Shown here piece after piece: positions 9,566-18,713 of a DNA stretch of 64,000 nt. The notes under the pieces are model-generated. The model saw only the letters and a program-made list of their open reading frames with translations, had not been told where the DNA came from and did no database searches. Source of the DNA: a virus; IMG/VR virus record IMGVR_UViG_3300004369_000011, positions 8,081 to 72,080 of that record; one strand, written 5' to 3'. The position numbers and the translations under genes are program-made. Each line of letters starts with the position of its first letter. Position 1 is the stretch's first letter.

Positions 9566-10438
9566 ATGAGTAAAGCTATAACTCCCGCAGAGAGGCAGTG
9601 GCTTAATTTAATTTCGTACGCTGAGGGCACTTGGAACCCCAAGTCAGGACCCCAGTACAACATGATGTTTACAGGGAAGCGATTTAACGATCTCAGGCGT
9701 CACCCCGATATTGTTAATAAAAGTCCTGGTTACGCTAGTAGTGCCGCAGGAGCCTATCAATTTGTAACACCCACTTGGCGTGGGGTCAGTCAGCGAGAAG
9801 GATTAAAAGATTTTGGCCCAAGATCTCAAGATTTAGGGGCTCTTCATCTTATTCGTCAACGCGGAGTGGATCCAGCTCGCGATCCGATTACACCTCAAAC
9901 AGTTGCCAAGTTGGCTCCCGAATGGGCTTCATTACCTACACTTCAAGGTCGTAGTTTCCACGGACAACCTGTTAAATCTTACGGAACTTTAATCAATTTT
10001 CTTAAACAGCAAGGAGGTTTTGTCCCTCAGAATGTGGCGCCTGCTGCTCCTCAACTCCCTTCCTCAACCGGTTCAAATCAAAATCAATCTTCTACGGGAT
10101 CCAGTGAGGAGGAGCGCTTAATTGCAGAAAGTCTTAGTCGTTCTTTGTTAGACAGCACGCTTAAATCTTTAGTTAACCCTCAAGGAGCGGCGGTCCTCTC
10201 TCGGTTAGCTCCTCCTCCGTTACCCTCTGCTTCTGAAGAAGAACAAACTACAGCAGATGAAGGAGATACCGAAAGTTTGTTACTTGCACTAAGTGAGCGT
10301 TTGGGAGCCATAGAGGATGAAGTTTTGGAAACTTCTAGGCCAAACCCAGCATCAGAGGCGCTTAAAACGCAAGAACGTATGCAACAGCTTATGCGGTCTG
10401 CTCAGCAAGCGTTTCAACCAGGAGTATCCGTTATTTAA
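9566..10438 (+). CDS. Lambda-R-type (GH104) lytic transglycosylase with low-complexity C-terminus, probably virion-associated
   Basis: LISYAEGT...YN.MF.G..F.DL.RHP...SSAAGAYQF...TW...DF.P.SQD...EWASLP. Confidence 0.85.
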   Translation: MSKAITPAERQWLNLISYAEGTWNPKSGPQYNMMFTGKRFNDLRRHPDIVNKSPGYASSAAGAYQFVTPTWRGVSQREGLKDFGPRSQDLGALHLIRQRGVDPARDPITPQTVAKLAPEWASLPTLQGRSFHGQPVKSYGTLINFLKQQGGFVPQNVAPAAPQLPSSTGSNQNQSSTGSSEEERLIAESLSRSLLDSTLKSLVNPQGAAVLSRLAPPPLPSASEEEQTTADEGDTESLLLALSERLGAIEDEVLETSRPNPASEALKTQERMQQLMRSAQQAFQPGVSVI

Positions 10439-10469
10439 CCGTATAATGTAGAAAAGAGGGCGTTTTACC

Positions 10470-11096
10470 GTGGCCAACTCATTCTTTGGTGATCTTGCCG
10501 GAGCATTACCTAAGATAGGGGGTGCGGTACGCGCTGGCCGAGATATTTTTGACACTGTTGAAGGTAATTCCAAGGGCTTGGCTTTTGATGATCAATATGT
10601 CAAAAAAACTACAGAGGAATTAGATAGACGAGCAGCGGACACGTTGCAGCAGATTCGCGATGTATTTGCAGAAGTCAGCGGCTTAACGGGTATTGGCACG
10701 GCTGACGCTGTTCAAAGTTATATGAATCGATTTAAAGATTATTTTGAGCCTACTATTGCTAAATACAGCGAAAATGTATACGGTTTTCAACCAGATGTAA
10801 CTAAGTCTTATGCGACTGCTGCTGGGCGTATTGACGATATGACAAAGCAATATAGTTTGCTAAATCGCCCAGGGTATATGGAGATGGCCCGGAACCCAGA
10901 CACAGTTAAAGTTGACCCCTCGGCAATTACTAGCATTGCGACAGATTATTACACATCGCCACAGGCGGCTAAAAATTACGATTACAGCGGCCCCCAGACA
11001 CAAGCTCTGATCCGTGGGCGGACAGGAGCTATCGATGAAATTGCAAGTGCGTACGCTAATCCTAATGTCAAAGCTTTAATGAACTACAACTACTGA
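10470..11096 (+). CDS. Hypothetical late protein (possible internal virion protein)
   Basis: 208-aa ORF. TATAAT box at 10442. Confidence 0.6.
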   Translation: MANSFFGDLAGALPKIGGAVRAGRDIFDTVEGNSKGLAFDDQYVKKTTEELDRRAADTLQQIRDVFAEVSGLTGIGTADAVQSYMNRFKDYFEPTIAKYSENVYGFQPDVTKSYATAAGRIDDMTKQYSLLNRPGYMEMARNPDTVKVDPSAITSIATDYYTSPQAAKNYDYSGPQTQALIRGRTGAIDEIASAYANPNVKALMNYNY

Positions 11097-11398
11097 TGAG
11101 TAAGCTCGGACGTTCCAATGTCGATAGACGTATTGGCCGTCAACTTGGAAAACGTCTGCGTCATGTAGAAAAAGAGCCCCGTCAGTTTCGACTAGCGGGA
11201 GCTTTGTTTAACACTGGGCCTGCAGAGGTAGCCCAGAAACGAGCACGCCAAGCAAAAAGAAAAGCACAACAAATTAATCCTGTTGGTTTAGGTTTTGCTT
11301 CGCGTGATACTTACGGACCAGACGATAATTGGGATGTTGTTAAATCACTCAATAGTATATCCTACCAAGATTACTATACAGCTCAGCAAACTTACTAA
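11096..11398 (+). CDS. Small basic hypothetical protein (RLAGALF motif)
   Basis: TGATG overlap with the previous gene. Confidence 0.6.
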   Translation: MSKLGRSNVDRRIGRQLGKRLRHVEKEPRQFRLAGALFNTGPAEVAQKRARQAKRKAQQINPVGLGFASRDTYGPDDNWDVVKSLNSISYQDYYTAQQTY

Positions 11399-11927
11399 CT
11401 TGTTTTTCTTGCTCTGTGAGTGATGGTAAATACAAAATAAATCCAAAAACTTTTGCGTGTTTTAAAGGAGTTAATTCGGGTTCGTCTATTAGTAATTTTG
11501 GACGTTCTTTTAAGATACACATAGGAAAATCCAATCCAAGTTTTTGCGTAACAATTAATGCAACCTCTGAAGAGGTTAAAAAAATAATTGCTTGATCAAA
11601 TTCTTTTCTTAGCCATTTGTGGTAGGCCAATTCAAGCCAAACACGTTGACTAGATTTACGAAATTGCCTGATTTTAGTAAACAACCTTGTATCTTTAGGT
11701 TGTTCACTTTTTAAACTAAAATCTCTAGGTGGGTACAAATAAATGTTTTTAGCTTTCCATGTCTGAGTTAAGCCATTATTTTGCCAAGTAAAGTACCTAG
11801 TTGCTTGAACTACTTGGTTAGCGTGCTCGCTTGAGGCCGGATCTAGATCAATTTCTCCACCAAAAAATGCAGCTGTCGTGGCTACAACTTCAGGGGGAGA
11901 TACAAAGTCTCTAGAAGATAAGACCAT
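11349..11927 (-). CDS. Phage N6-adenine DNA methyltransferase-like protein with degenerate catalytic motif
   Basis: DF.SPPEV...IDLDPASS..AN..V.A.RYFT...NGL.Q.W is typical, but NPPY is replaced by YPPR. Confidence 0.7.
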   Translation of the reverse strand: MVLSSRDFVSPPEVVATTAAFFGGEIDLDPASSEHANQVVQATRYFTWQNNGLTQTWKAKNIYLYPPRDFSLKSEQPKDTRLFTKIRQFRKSSQRVWLELAYHKWLRKEFDQAIIFLTSSEVALIVTQKLGLDFPMCILKERPKLLIDEPELTPLKHAKVFGFILYLPSLTEQEKQVSKFAELYSNLGRIYY

Positions 11928-12330
11928 TAGCCATTTCGTCGATACGCTGATTAACCTCTTTCGGATCCAAAATGTGCACAGCAATACCCGTCGACTGAAC
12001 CATCGCTACAAGCGCTAAATCTGATTTACTTTCTTTTTCGACAAGTTTAATAATTTTTTGAAGGCTGTCGGCTAGTTCTGTATTCAATTGTTCTTGAGCA
12101 ATAGAAATATCATCTTCTATGTCAGAAACTGTAACGTAACGGCTTTTTTCAGGTTCTTCAGGATTAAACGCAAGAATTCCTTTGCCTTTTATTTTTTTGT
12201 TTTCAAAGTACAAACGAGTAATGTCAGACAAAATAGTTCGCAAAACACCCGCAGCCATTCGATTTTCAATTTCGCTGCCTTTAAACAGCTGTTTAGCTAG
12301 TGCAGCCGTTTTTTTACTGAAATTAAACAT
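11911..12330 (-). CDS. Hypothetical protein
   Basis: 139-aa ORF overlapping its neighbours in a - strand operon. Confidence 0.65.
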   Translation of the reverse strand: MFNFSKKTAALAKQLFKGSEIENRMAAGVLRTILSDITRLYFENKKIKGKGILAFNPEEPEKSRYVTVSDIEDDISIAQEQLNTELADSLQKIIKLVEKESKSDLALVAMVQSTGIAVHILDPKEVNQRIDEMANGLIF

Positions 12331-12640
12331 TTTTAAAGTTCTCCCAAGCGGAGTTTAAGATTGCGTAAGGGTCGTACAAGAATTTAGAGCTGTTTCGCTC
12401 ATTTGGATCAAGCCTACAGAAGTGTTTACCTTCGATAATGCCGTAATCCCCGCCTGAAGCAAGTCCTTGGTGTATAAGCTTGTCCAACGCTACGGTGGGC
12501 ACAGATAAACGTTGACAGATAACCCGTTTAGTAACAAACGCCGTGGTCCGGTTTTGACTTTTGTTGGCGATGAGTTGAAGAGAAACATCAATGCTCTCTA
12601 AAACGTTTTTAATGTCTTTAAGTTCTTTTTGAGGGTCCAT
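12323..12640 (-). CDS. Hypothetical protein, possible HTH DNA-binding
   Basis: FVTKRVICQRLSVP...LDKLI...EGKHF resembles a wHTH/excisionase-like pattern. Confidence 0.5.
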   Translation of the reverse strand: MDPQKELKDIKNVLESIDVSLQLIANKSQNRTTAFVTKRVICQRLSVPTVALDKLIHQGLASGGDYGIIEGKHFCRLDPNERNSSKFLYDPYAILNSAWENFKNV

Positions 12641-12769
12641 CGAAAAATAAGGGGCTCCCCATTGACCACCTGGTACCAGGCAGGCTGGGCGATTTACAGC
12701 GGACCAGAAAGCGCGAAAATGGATCCCGCACCCCTAGTGCCAGCGAGGCGCTTCTTACACGCTGACGTT

Positions 12770-13198
12770 TTACTTTAGAAGACGAGAGGCGTGGTGCTCG
12801 AAGTCGTCTGAATCCTCTATCAACAGCTCGATTAGCTTACAGAGTTTCTGGTCTGTGTCAACCTGTTCTGGTGTGTTCTTAATTAGCCAGTATTTATAGG
12901 CATTTAGAAGGTAGAAGTGAGTCTGTTTAGCTCGTAGAGCCTGTACTTTCCATTTTTCGTAGTCAAAACTCGATTGGTGACGGCTGTTACCCGTATGTAG
13001 CTCTAATTCTCTAATTTCTACTTGAAGTTCAATATCTTTAATGGTGTACTCCAGAGCAGACACCTTGGCCCGACACTCCTGACTAGACGTAGGAGGTTCG
13101 TTGTCGTTGTAAATCCAAGGGGGTAGGTTCTCGATTACATACTCAGCGTCCCAGAGGCAAGGCTTTGCCGCTGAATTTTTATCACTCGTATAAGTCAT
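12770..13198 (-). CDS. Hypothetical coiled-coil protein
   Basis: Likely start MTYTSD, overlapping the stop of the upstream gene. Confidence 0.6.
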   Translation of the reverse strand: MTYTSDKNSAAKPCLWDAEYVIENLPPWIYNDNEPPTSSQECRAKVSALEYTIKDIELQVEIRELELHTGNSRHQSSFDYEKWKVQALRAKQTHFYLLNAYKYWLIKNTPEQVDTDQKLCKLIELLIEDSDDFEHHASRLLK

Positions 13199-13604
13199 TA
13201 AGAATGTCTTTAACAAATTTGTTGTGGTGACCATTGACGGCGTACAGAACGTGCGCCTCAAATTCAACTCGGTTAACTAAATCGAGTTTTTGTAGCCGCT
13301 TAAGCTGAGATCTCGTGGTAGTTACAGACTGCCCAAGGGCTTCTGAAATCTGAGTGATCTCGGCGGGCTGCATAGACTGTAGCTCATAGATCAAGTACCT
13401 GAGCTTTTGGATTTTGAGATTTCGCTTCTTATTAGTTGTACGGACCTCAGTGATAGTTTTAAAGAGTGCTGATCTAGCAAGAGCTGCTGAATCGCTTTTG
13501 ATGGCACTCCTTTGTCCGTTAGCCGGAGAATAAGTTGTCGAGACGCCTCGGAAACTTTTTGAGCCGGGCTTTTGGAGACCCACAGGTGGTAGGGATTTAT
13601 GCAC
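13182..13604 (-). CDS. Winged-helix (ArsR/MarR-like) transcription regulator; true start probably further downstream
   Basis: PAEITQISEALGQSVTTTRSQLKRLQKLDLVNR....VLYAV is a wHTH pattern. Confidence 0.65.
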   Translation of the reverse strand: MHKSLPPVGLQKPGSKSFRGVSTTYSPANGQRSAIKSDSAALARSALFKTITEVRTTNKKRNLKIQKLRYLIYELQSMQPAEITQISEALGQSVTTTRSQLKRLQKLDLVNRVEFEAHVLYAVNGHHNKFVKDILNDLYE

Positions 13605-14260
13605 GACCTATCTAAGCACTTCACCAGAACACAATTTCCAGATCCAACAGGTTTTCTCCAAAATTGCTCGTAAACAAACCTGCGAGTACGCATGTTTTTA
13701 TCTTCTTCACTCATCCTGCAAAACCCGTGATCCGCAGGAAGATACAAGTGTTGCTCTGTATCGATACAGTTGCGATAACGCGCAAGCCAAGCTGCTAGGC
13801 GCCCTGACTTCCCTCTTGCACTCTTGTCCTCCTCCTGGCAAATCTCGCAAGCCTGCAGTCCTACGGGGAGTCGGATCCTCCTCAGGTCCTCTGCGGCGAC
13901 CAATAGGGGTGCAGAGCGCCCACAGCGGCAAACCCAGCTAGACGCCTCTGAGTGGTGAACGACGGCCCAATGACCTCTGATTTCTTGGTCCAGAACGACC
14001 CCCGTGGGTTCCGTAGGGATTTTCGGTTCGAGTAGCCCCAAGTGAATCAGGGACCTTCGGGGGTCAAATCGAGGCGGAAACAAGGATTTTAGTCGTCTTG
14101 GAGCTGAGTCTAGCGCACAGAACGCACAGAATGGGTAGCTTCCCCAACTTTGCTTAGGAATCTTTCTTTTTTTCAATAACGAGACTGACAACCGATTTTC
14201 GCTGTAGTCCCCCCTCTTTAAATAAATTCCGTATCGCAGCGCAAAAATGTTTTTTGGCAT
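13391..14260 (-). CDS. HNH homing-endonuclease-derived protein with C-terminal HTH (start uncertain)
   Basis: WVCRCG...CEIC zinc motif, RRFVYEQFW...VLVKC.DRSCINPYHL and a C-terminal HTH-like segment. Confidence 0.55.
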   Translation of the reverse strand: MPKNIFALRYGIYLKRGDYSENRLSVSLLKKRKIPKQSWGSYPFCAFCALDSAPRRLKSLFPPRFDPRRSLIHLGLLEPKIPTEPTGVVLDQEIRGHWAVVHHSEASSWVCRCGRSAPLLVAAEDLRRIRLPVGLQACEICQEEDKSARGKSGRLAAWLARYRNCIDTEQHLYLPADHGFCRMSEEDKNMRTRRFVYEQFWRKPVGSGNCVLVKCLDRSCINPYHLWVSKSPAQKVSEASRQLILRLTDKGVPSKAIQQLLLDQHSLKLSLRSVQLIRSEISKSKSSGT

Positions 14261-14428
14261 ACGTATATTAGATATAATTTTCTACAAACTTAAATAACCA
14301 CCTACAGCGAAATTCCCGTGCCAAATAGCATTTCAAGGCACTTTTTTTAAGACGCAGCGCATCAGAAACCGTGGCGATTGCAGTGTGCGTAATCTCTTGT
14401 TAAACTCCTAGCAACCGTACGGAGTTTT

Positions 14429-14599
14429 ATGTCTACTACAGACGACCAGTTCGTAGAAGAGATTTCCTGGGAAGTATTAAGACAGCTAGCTACGCAACTT
14501 AATGTGCCTGCTTGGCAGTTGGCTGAGGACAGTGCTTTTCATATTCGCAATGGTGACCTTGCGCTTAAAGATAAAAAACGACGGGCTGCTATTCATTAA
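14429..14599 (+). CDS. Small hypothetical protein (56 aa)
   Basis: GGAG RBS. MSTTDDQFVEEISWEVLRQLATQLNVPAWQLAED... Confidence 0.55.
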   Translation: MSTTDDQFVEEISWEVLRQLATQLNVPAWQLAEDSAFHIRNGDLALKDKKRRAAIH

Positions 14600-14672
14600 C
14601 TCTTGACGAAACTTTAATTTTTTGGGTTCAGTCAGTTAAACTGGGTCTTACGGGAGGGTGCGTGTAACCTAA

Positions 14673-16070
14673 ATGGAGCTTAATTCGCCACCTTGCCTTA
14701 CGCACGGTTCACTCCCTCGGGCTTTACACAGTGACAATTTCGAAGGAATTGTTACCGTCATTGAACACATTATCGAAACGGTAAGCGGCGTGGGAACACT
14801 CAGCTATTCACGGTGCCCTTACGGGTATCCATATAATTTTGAAGGTGTTGTTCGAGCACTAGAAGATTTAAATGTCAGTATTAGTGGCATAGATCTTGGG
14901 TTTCCTGACCCCATTGGCAGCGGTATTGTCGGCGGATCTGGGATTTACGTCGAGTTCAGTGGTGGTTACGGCATTATTGAGAGCCAAATTACTCAGGTTT
15001 TGCCTGGTTCTGGCGTAACTCCTGTTTATAGTGGGGCAAGCACTGTTTTTGATGTAAATCTTCTTGGTTTTGCAGGTGTTGATGTTGTTTATAGTGGCAC
15101 GTATATTCAAGTGTCGGGTACTAAAGATCAAGCTGTAGCCGTTGTAAGTGGTTTAGTTGGAGGAGAAGGTATAACCATTATTGCCAGTGGAGACACTGCT
15201 GTTGTTTCTACCGATTTAATTGGACAAGGATCTGTAAATTTTTTATACGACGGCATGGGTGTCGGCGTTATTTCTGGACAAGCTCAACAACTTTTAGTCG
15301 CAGGGTCGGGCAGTAGTGTCCGCTCTAGTGGTGACTATCAAATTATTGACATTGGGGTTCTTGGAGGCGGGTTAACAGACGTCGTTTACTCGGGTTCTTT
15401 TGTAACAATTGACGGCGGGTCTGCTTTAGTTGCAGGGTCTGGTACCAGTGTTCGCACAAGCGGTGATTATCAAATAGTAGATATTGGTATTCAAGCCGGA
15501 TCTAATATGACCGTTATTTATTCAGGGCAATTTGTTGGTTTAGCTAGTTCGGCTAGTGCTGGTTCCGCTGTAGTTACCGTGTCCGGTGATCCTGGATTTA
15601 ACTACATTGGCGGTTCGCTTTGGTTTGATACCGATCAAGGGCGTCTATTTATATATGCCTCTGGCAACGGTGTGGACGAGCCCGATTGGTATGTAGCTAA
15701 TGCCGAGTCGTTCGCAATTAAGAGTGAAGTGCCCCCGTCTGGAACCGGCGGCTTTAATGCCCCTCCTTTAGATGGAACGCTTTGGTTTAACACTCTTATG
15801 GGTTCATTGTTTATATATGATTTAACTACAAGTGGTTGGTATGAATCAGCTGCGTCCAGAACTCCAGTATATGGAGATGCAGCTCCAGTTACAGCAGTAG
15901 ATGGTACTCTATGGACAGATTCTACAAATAACATTATTCGTGTATGGGATGGCAACCTGTGGGCGGACGTCACTGCTAGCGGCAGTCCTTTTGTACCACC
16001 CCCCACACCTTCTGGTTTGGATGCTGAAGGTGCAGAAGAAGTTATTGGCTTAATCATGAGTCTCAGCTAA
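14673..16070 (+). CDS. Tail fibre-like protein, Ser-Gly-rich
   Basis: Repeats VAGSG.SVR.SGDYQI.DIG and G.LWF.T..G.LFIY. C-terminus IGLIMSLS. Confidence 0.7.
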   Translation: MELNSPPCLTHGSLPRALHSDNFEGIVTVIEHIIETVSGVGTLSYSRCPYGYPYNFEGVVRALEDLNVSISGIDLGFPDPIGSGIVGGSGIYVEFSGGYGIIESQITQVLPGSGVTPVYSGASTVFDVNLLGFAGVDVVYSGTYIQVSGTKDQAVAVVSGLVGGEGITIIASGDTAVVSTDLIGQGSVNFLYDGMGVGVISGQAQQLLVAGSGSSVRSSGDYQIIDIGVLGGGLTDVVYSGSFVTIDGGSALVAGSGTSVRTSGDYQIVDIGIQAGSNMTVIYSGQFVGLASSASAGSAVVTVSGDPGFNYIGGSLWFDTDQGRLFIYASGNGVDEPDWYVANAESFAIKSEVPPSGTGGFNAPPLDGTLWFNTLMGSLFIYDLTTSGWYESAASRTPVYGDAAPVTAVDGTLWTDSTNNIIRVWDGNLWADVTASGSPFVPPPTPSGLDAEGAEEVIGLIMSLS

Positions 16071-16097
16071 TCTTTTAGGGCACTTCATCAGACTCCC

Positions 16098-16217
16098 ATG
16101 GCCAAACCAAAAAATGTTCAGCAAATTGAGCTAAAGTGTAAAAAAACAAACCAAGGGGACGGGCGTCACAGTAAACCGTCTCACGGGCGTAAATTGTCTA
16201 GAGGGCAGGGACGCTAA
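16098..16217 (+). CDS. Small basic cyanophage-type peptide ending RGQGR
   Basis: MAKPKNVQQIELKCKKTNQGDGRHSKPSHGRKLSRGQGR* matches the widespread KKT.QG.G......RGQG family. Confidence 0.7.
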   Translation: MAKPKNVQQIELKCKKTNQGDGRHSKPSHGRKLSRGQGR

Positions 16218-16244
16218 ACTTAGTAATTAAACTACGGAGTAGTC

Positions 16245-16637
16245 GTGCTTTTATCTTTTATTGCCGAAGAGGCTCTTGTTCAGGGTGAACCTGTAACAAT
16301 TAGCACAACTGTTTCTGGTCAAATAATTTCCTTAAACTCGACCACTCCTCGTGGAGCCACAGCTATCGGCGTTTCTTTGGATACGCTCTCAAGTGGGGCT
16401 CTCTGTCGGGTAGCTCCCGATGGGACAGCTCCTATATATTCTTCTTTAGTTCCTGGAACTACATACTTCGCCAGTACTAGCGGAAACTACTTAGTTGACT
16501 ATCCACAATTTGTTACTGAGTTTAATCAACTTGGTTTTTCTAATATTTATCTAACGCAAATAGGAATTTCTCTTACCCCTTCAATTTTAAAAATTTCAAC
16601 TGCAGAACCTAAACTAGTGGTTAGTGGTTTCCTCTGA
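16245..16637 (+). CDS. Putative virion structural protein (capsid-cement/fibre-like)
   Basis: AEEAL..G.PV...AIGV.......G......G...L.PG..YF pattern. Paralog-like to the next gene. Confidence 0.55.
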   Translation: MLLSFIAEEALVQGEPVTISTTVSGQIISLNSTTPRGATAIGVSLDTLSSGALCRVAPDGTAPIYSSLVPGTTYFASTSGNYLVDYPQFVTEFNQLGFSNIYLTQIGISLTPSILKISTAEPKLVVSGFL

Positions 16638-16673
16638 TAACGTGTAGAATAAAAATATTACAAGGCTACACCC

Positions 16674-17189
16674 GTGGCGAGTAAGTCGATTTTTAATCGA
16701 AATTACACCAGCTATCAAGCTGACGGCACTATAGTCTATCTTGCTAATGGTCGTGGGGTAGTTACTAATCCAACTCCAGAAGTAACATTAACTGCAGGCG
16801 CTAATCTTATAGGAGGAGAGTGTCTATATGCTAGCGGCGCTTTTGTTGTGCCTACCGCAGCATTAAGTGGTCTTGATACTTCTCATTTTTCCGCCATAGG
16901 TTTTGCAACTGAGGCTGCAATTAACAATAATCCTGTTGTAGTTAATTTAGATGGTGTAATTACTTTAAATTCTGCAAATATTTCCGCCGAATCTGCGTTA
17001 ATTCCTGGTGAGTATTATTATGTTTCAAAATTTCAAGGTCAAATTACTAGATTCACAACGACTTCTGGCTCAGTTACTGGTTCAGGTTCCGATGCTTACG
17101 CAGCAGCTGTTACCGTGGGTGTTGCTTTAACTTCAAATCTCTTAAGTATTGAAATTGCAACTCCAGTTCTTCTTTATAATGGAGGCTAG
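16674..17189 (+). CDS. Putative virion structural protein
   Basis: AG.NL..G..LY...AIGFA......N..V.V...G...L.PG.YYY...VGVA pattern. Confidence 0.55.
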   Translation: MASKSIFNRNYTSYQADGTIVYLANGRGVVTNPTPEVTLTAGANLIGGECLYASGAFVVPTAALSGLDTSHFSAIGFATEAAINNNPVVVNLDGVITLNSANISAESALIPGEYYYVSKFQGQITRFTTTSGSVTGSGSDAYAAAVTVGVALTSNLLSIEIATPVLLYNGG

Positions 17190-17200
17190 AGGTAAAAATT

Positions 17201-18712
17201 ATGGTTATTCGGAGACCGATAGTCTTAGTCAGTGGTGCACTTGCTGAGCTTCCATTTGGCGACAGCATTATTACCACGGCTTCAGGAGGAACCCTTGTTG
17301 CCGGAAGTGGTCTTGCCGGTGGCGGCAATACTGATTCAACTATTCGTTTAGATGTAGCTTTAGCCGCGCAACCCAGCGGTTTAATTTTTGTCGGCTCTAA
17401 TTTAAGTGTAGACGGAGCGGCAGCTCGAAAAGCTCAAGAGGCACTCGCCTCAGGTAATGATGCTTTATTAGATGCTTCTTTTGCTCTTGCGTCAGGTAAT
17501 GCCGGTCTTCTAGAGGCTAGTAAAGCTTTAGCATCGGGTAATGCAGCATTAGTTGATTCTGTCACAGCTCAAGCTTCTGGTAATGCGGCTTTATTTATTG
17601 CAAGTAGTGCTTTAGCTTCGGGCGTTAATGCACAAGAAATTGGAGTTAGTGCGCTAGCTTCAGGTAATGCGGCTATTTTTGACGCTTTCGTAGCGCTTGC
17701 TTCTGGTAACGCTGCTTTATCTTTATCTTCAACAGCTTTAGCTTCTGGTAATGCCGGATTAACTAACTCTGTTGTTGCTCTTGCTTCGGGTAATGCTGCT
17801 CTTGCCCTGTCTAGTACCGCACTTGCATCCGGAAACGCTTCTTTAACTGTTGCTGACATTGCTTTATCTTCTGGGAATGCAAGTTTAGTAGTAGCTGTTT
17901 CAGCTTTAGCGTCAGGAAACGCAGGGCTGGCAAACTCAGCTGTTGCTCTTGCTTCGGGTAACGCTTCGTTATCGGTTTCAGTCTCCGCATTAGCTTCTGG
18001 GAATGCAGCTCTTAATGTCTCAACCACAGCACTTGCTTCCGGTAATGCTGCCTTAACAGATGCAGAGGTAGCATTAGCCTCAGGTAACGCCGCTATTGTT
18101 TTATCTAATACTGCGTTAGCCTCTGGCCAGATAGCTCTTGATATAGCTAACACAGCCTTAGCTTCTGGTCTAGCAGCCGATAATAAAGCTAACACTGCTT
18201 TAGCTTCAGGTAATGCTGGAATTATCATAGCTTTAGCTGCACTTGCCTCCGGTAACGCATCTCTTAGTACGGCTGCTCAAGCACTTGCTTCCGGTAACGC
18301 TGCCTTAATAGGTGCAGAAGTAGCATTAGCCTCGGGTAATGCGGGCATTTTTCTCGCTGTCGATGCACTTGCCTCCGGAAATAGTGCTTTAACACTCGGA
18401 GCAGTAGCACTTGCTTCTGGTAACGCAGGTTTAAATCTCGCATCAGCTGCTCTTGCCTCCGGTAACTCAGCTTTAGTTTTAGCTAATACTGCTTTATCGT
18501 CTGGAAATGCCGCTCTTAGTGTCGGCAATGTAGCTCTTGCCTCGGGCAACGCTTCTTTACTTGTTTCAACCAGTGCTCTAGCCTCTGGTAATGCCGCATT
18601 GTTCGTGGCTCCTCAAGCTCAAGCATCTGGAAACGCCGCCTTAGCGCTTTACTTTGCTAATCCTGGTTTATCTGAAGGGGATGCGATTGGTTTAATAATC
18701 GCTTTATCTTGA
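17201..18712 (+). CDS. Fibre protein with about 29 x 14-aa ALASGNAAL repeats
   Basis: Regular ALASGN(A/S)x period of 14 aa. C-terminus IGLIIALS. Confidence 0.7.
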   Translation: MVIRRPIVLVSGALAELPFGDSIITTASGGTLVAGSGLAGGGNTDSTIRLDVALAAQPSGLIFVGSNLSVDGAAARKAQEALASGNDALLDASFALASGNAGLLEASKALASGNAALVDSVTAQASGNAALFIASSALASGVNAQEIGVSALASGNAAIFDAFVALASGNAALSLSSTALASGNAGLTNSVVALASGNAALALSSTALASGNASLTVADIALSSGNASLVVAVSALASGNAGLANSAVALASGNASLSVSVSALASGNAALNVSTTALASGNAALTDAEVALASGNAAIVLSNTALASGQIALDIANTALASGLAADNKANTALASGNAGIIIALAALASGNASLSTAAQALASGNAALIGAEVALASGNAGIFLAVDALASGNSALTLGAVALASGNAGLNLASAALASGNSALVLANTALSSGNAALSVGNVALASGNASLLVSTSALASGNAALFVAPQAQASGNAALALYFANPGLSEGDAIGLIIALS

Positions 18713-18713
18713 T

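Noticed and set aside
17569-18549. Long antisense ORFs (219 aa and 90 aa) with ALPEA repeats
   Set aside because: They are the mirror image of the ALASGN repeat gene; the repeat codons lack stops on the opposite strand.
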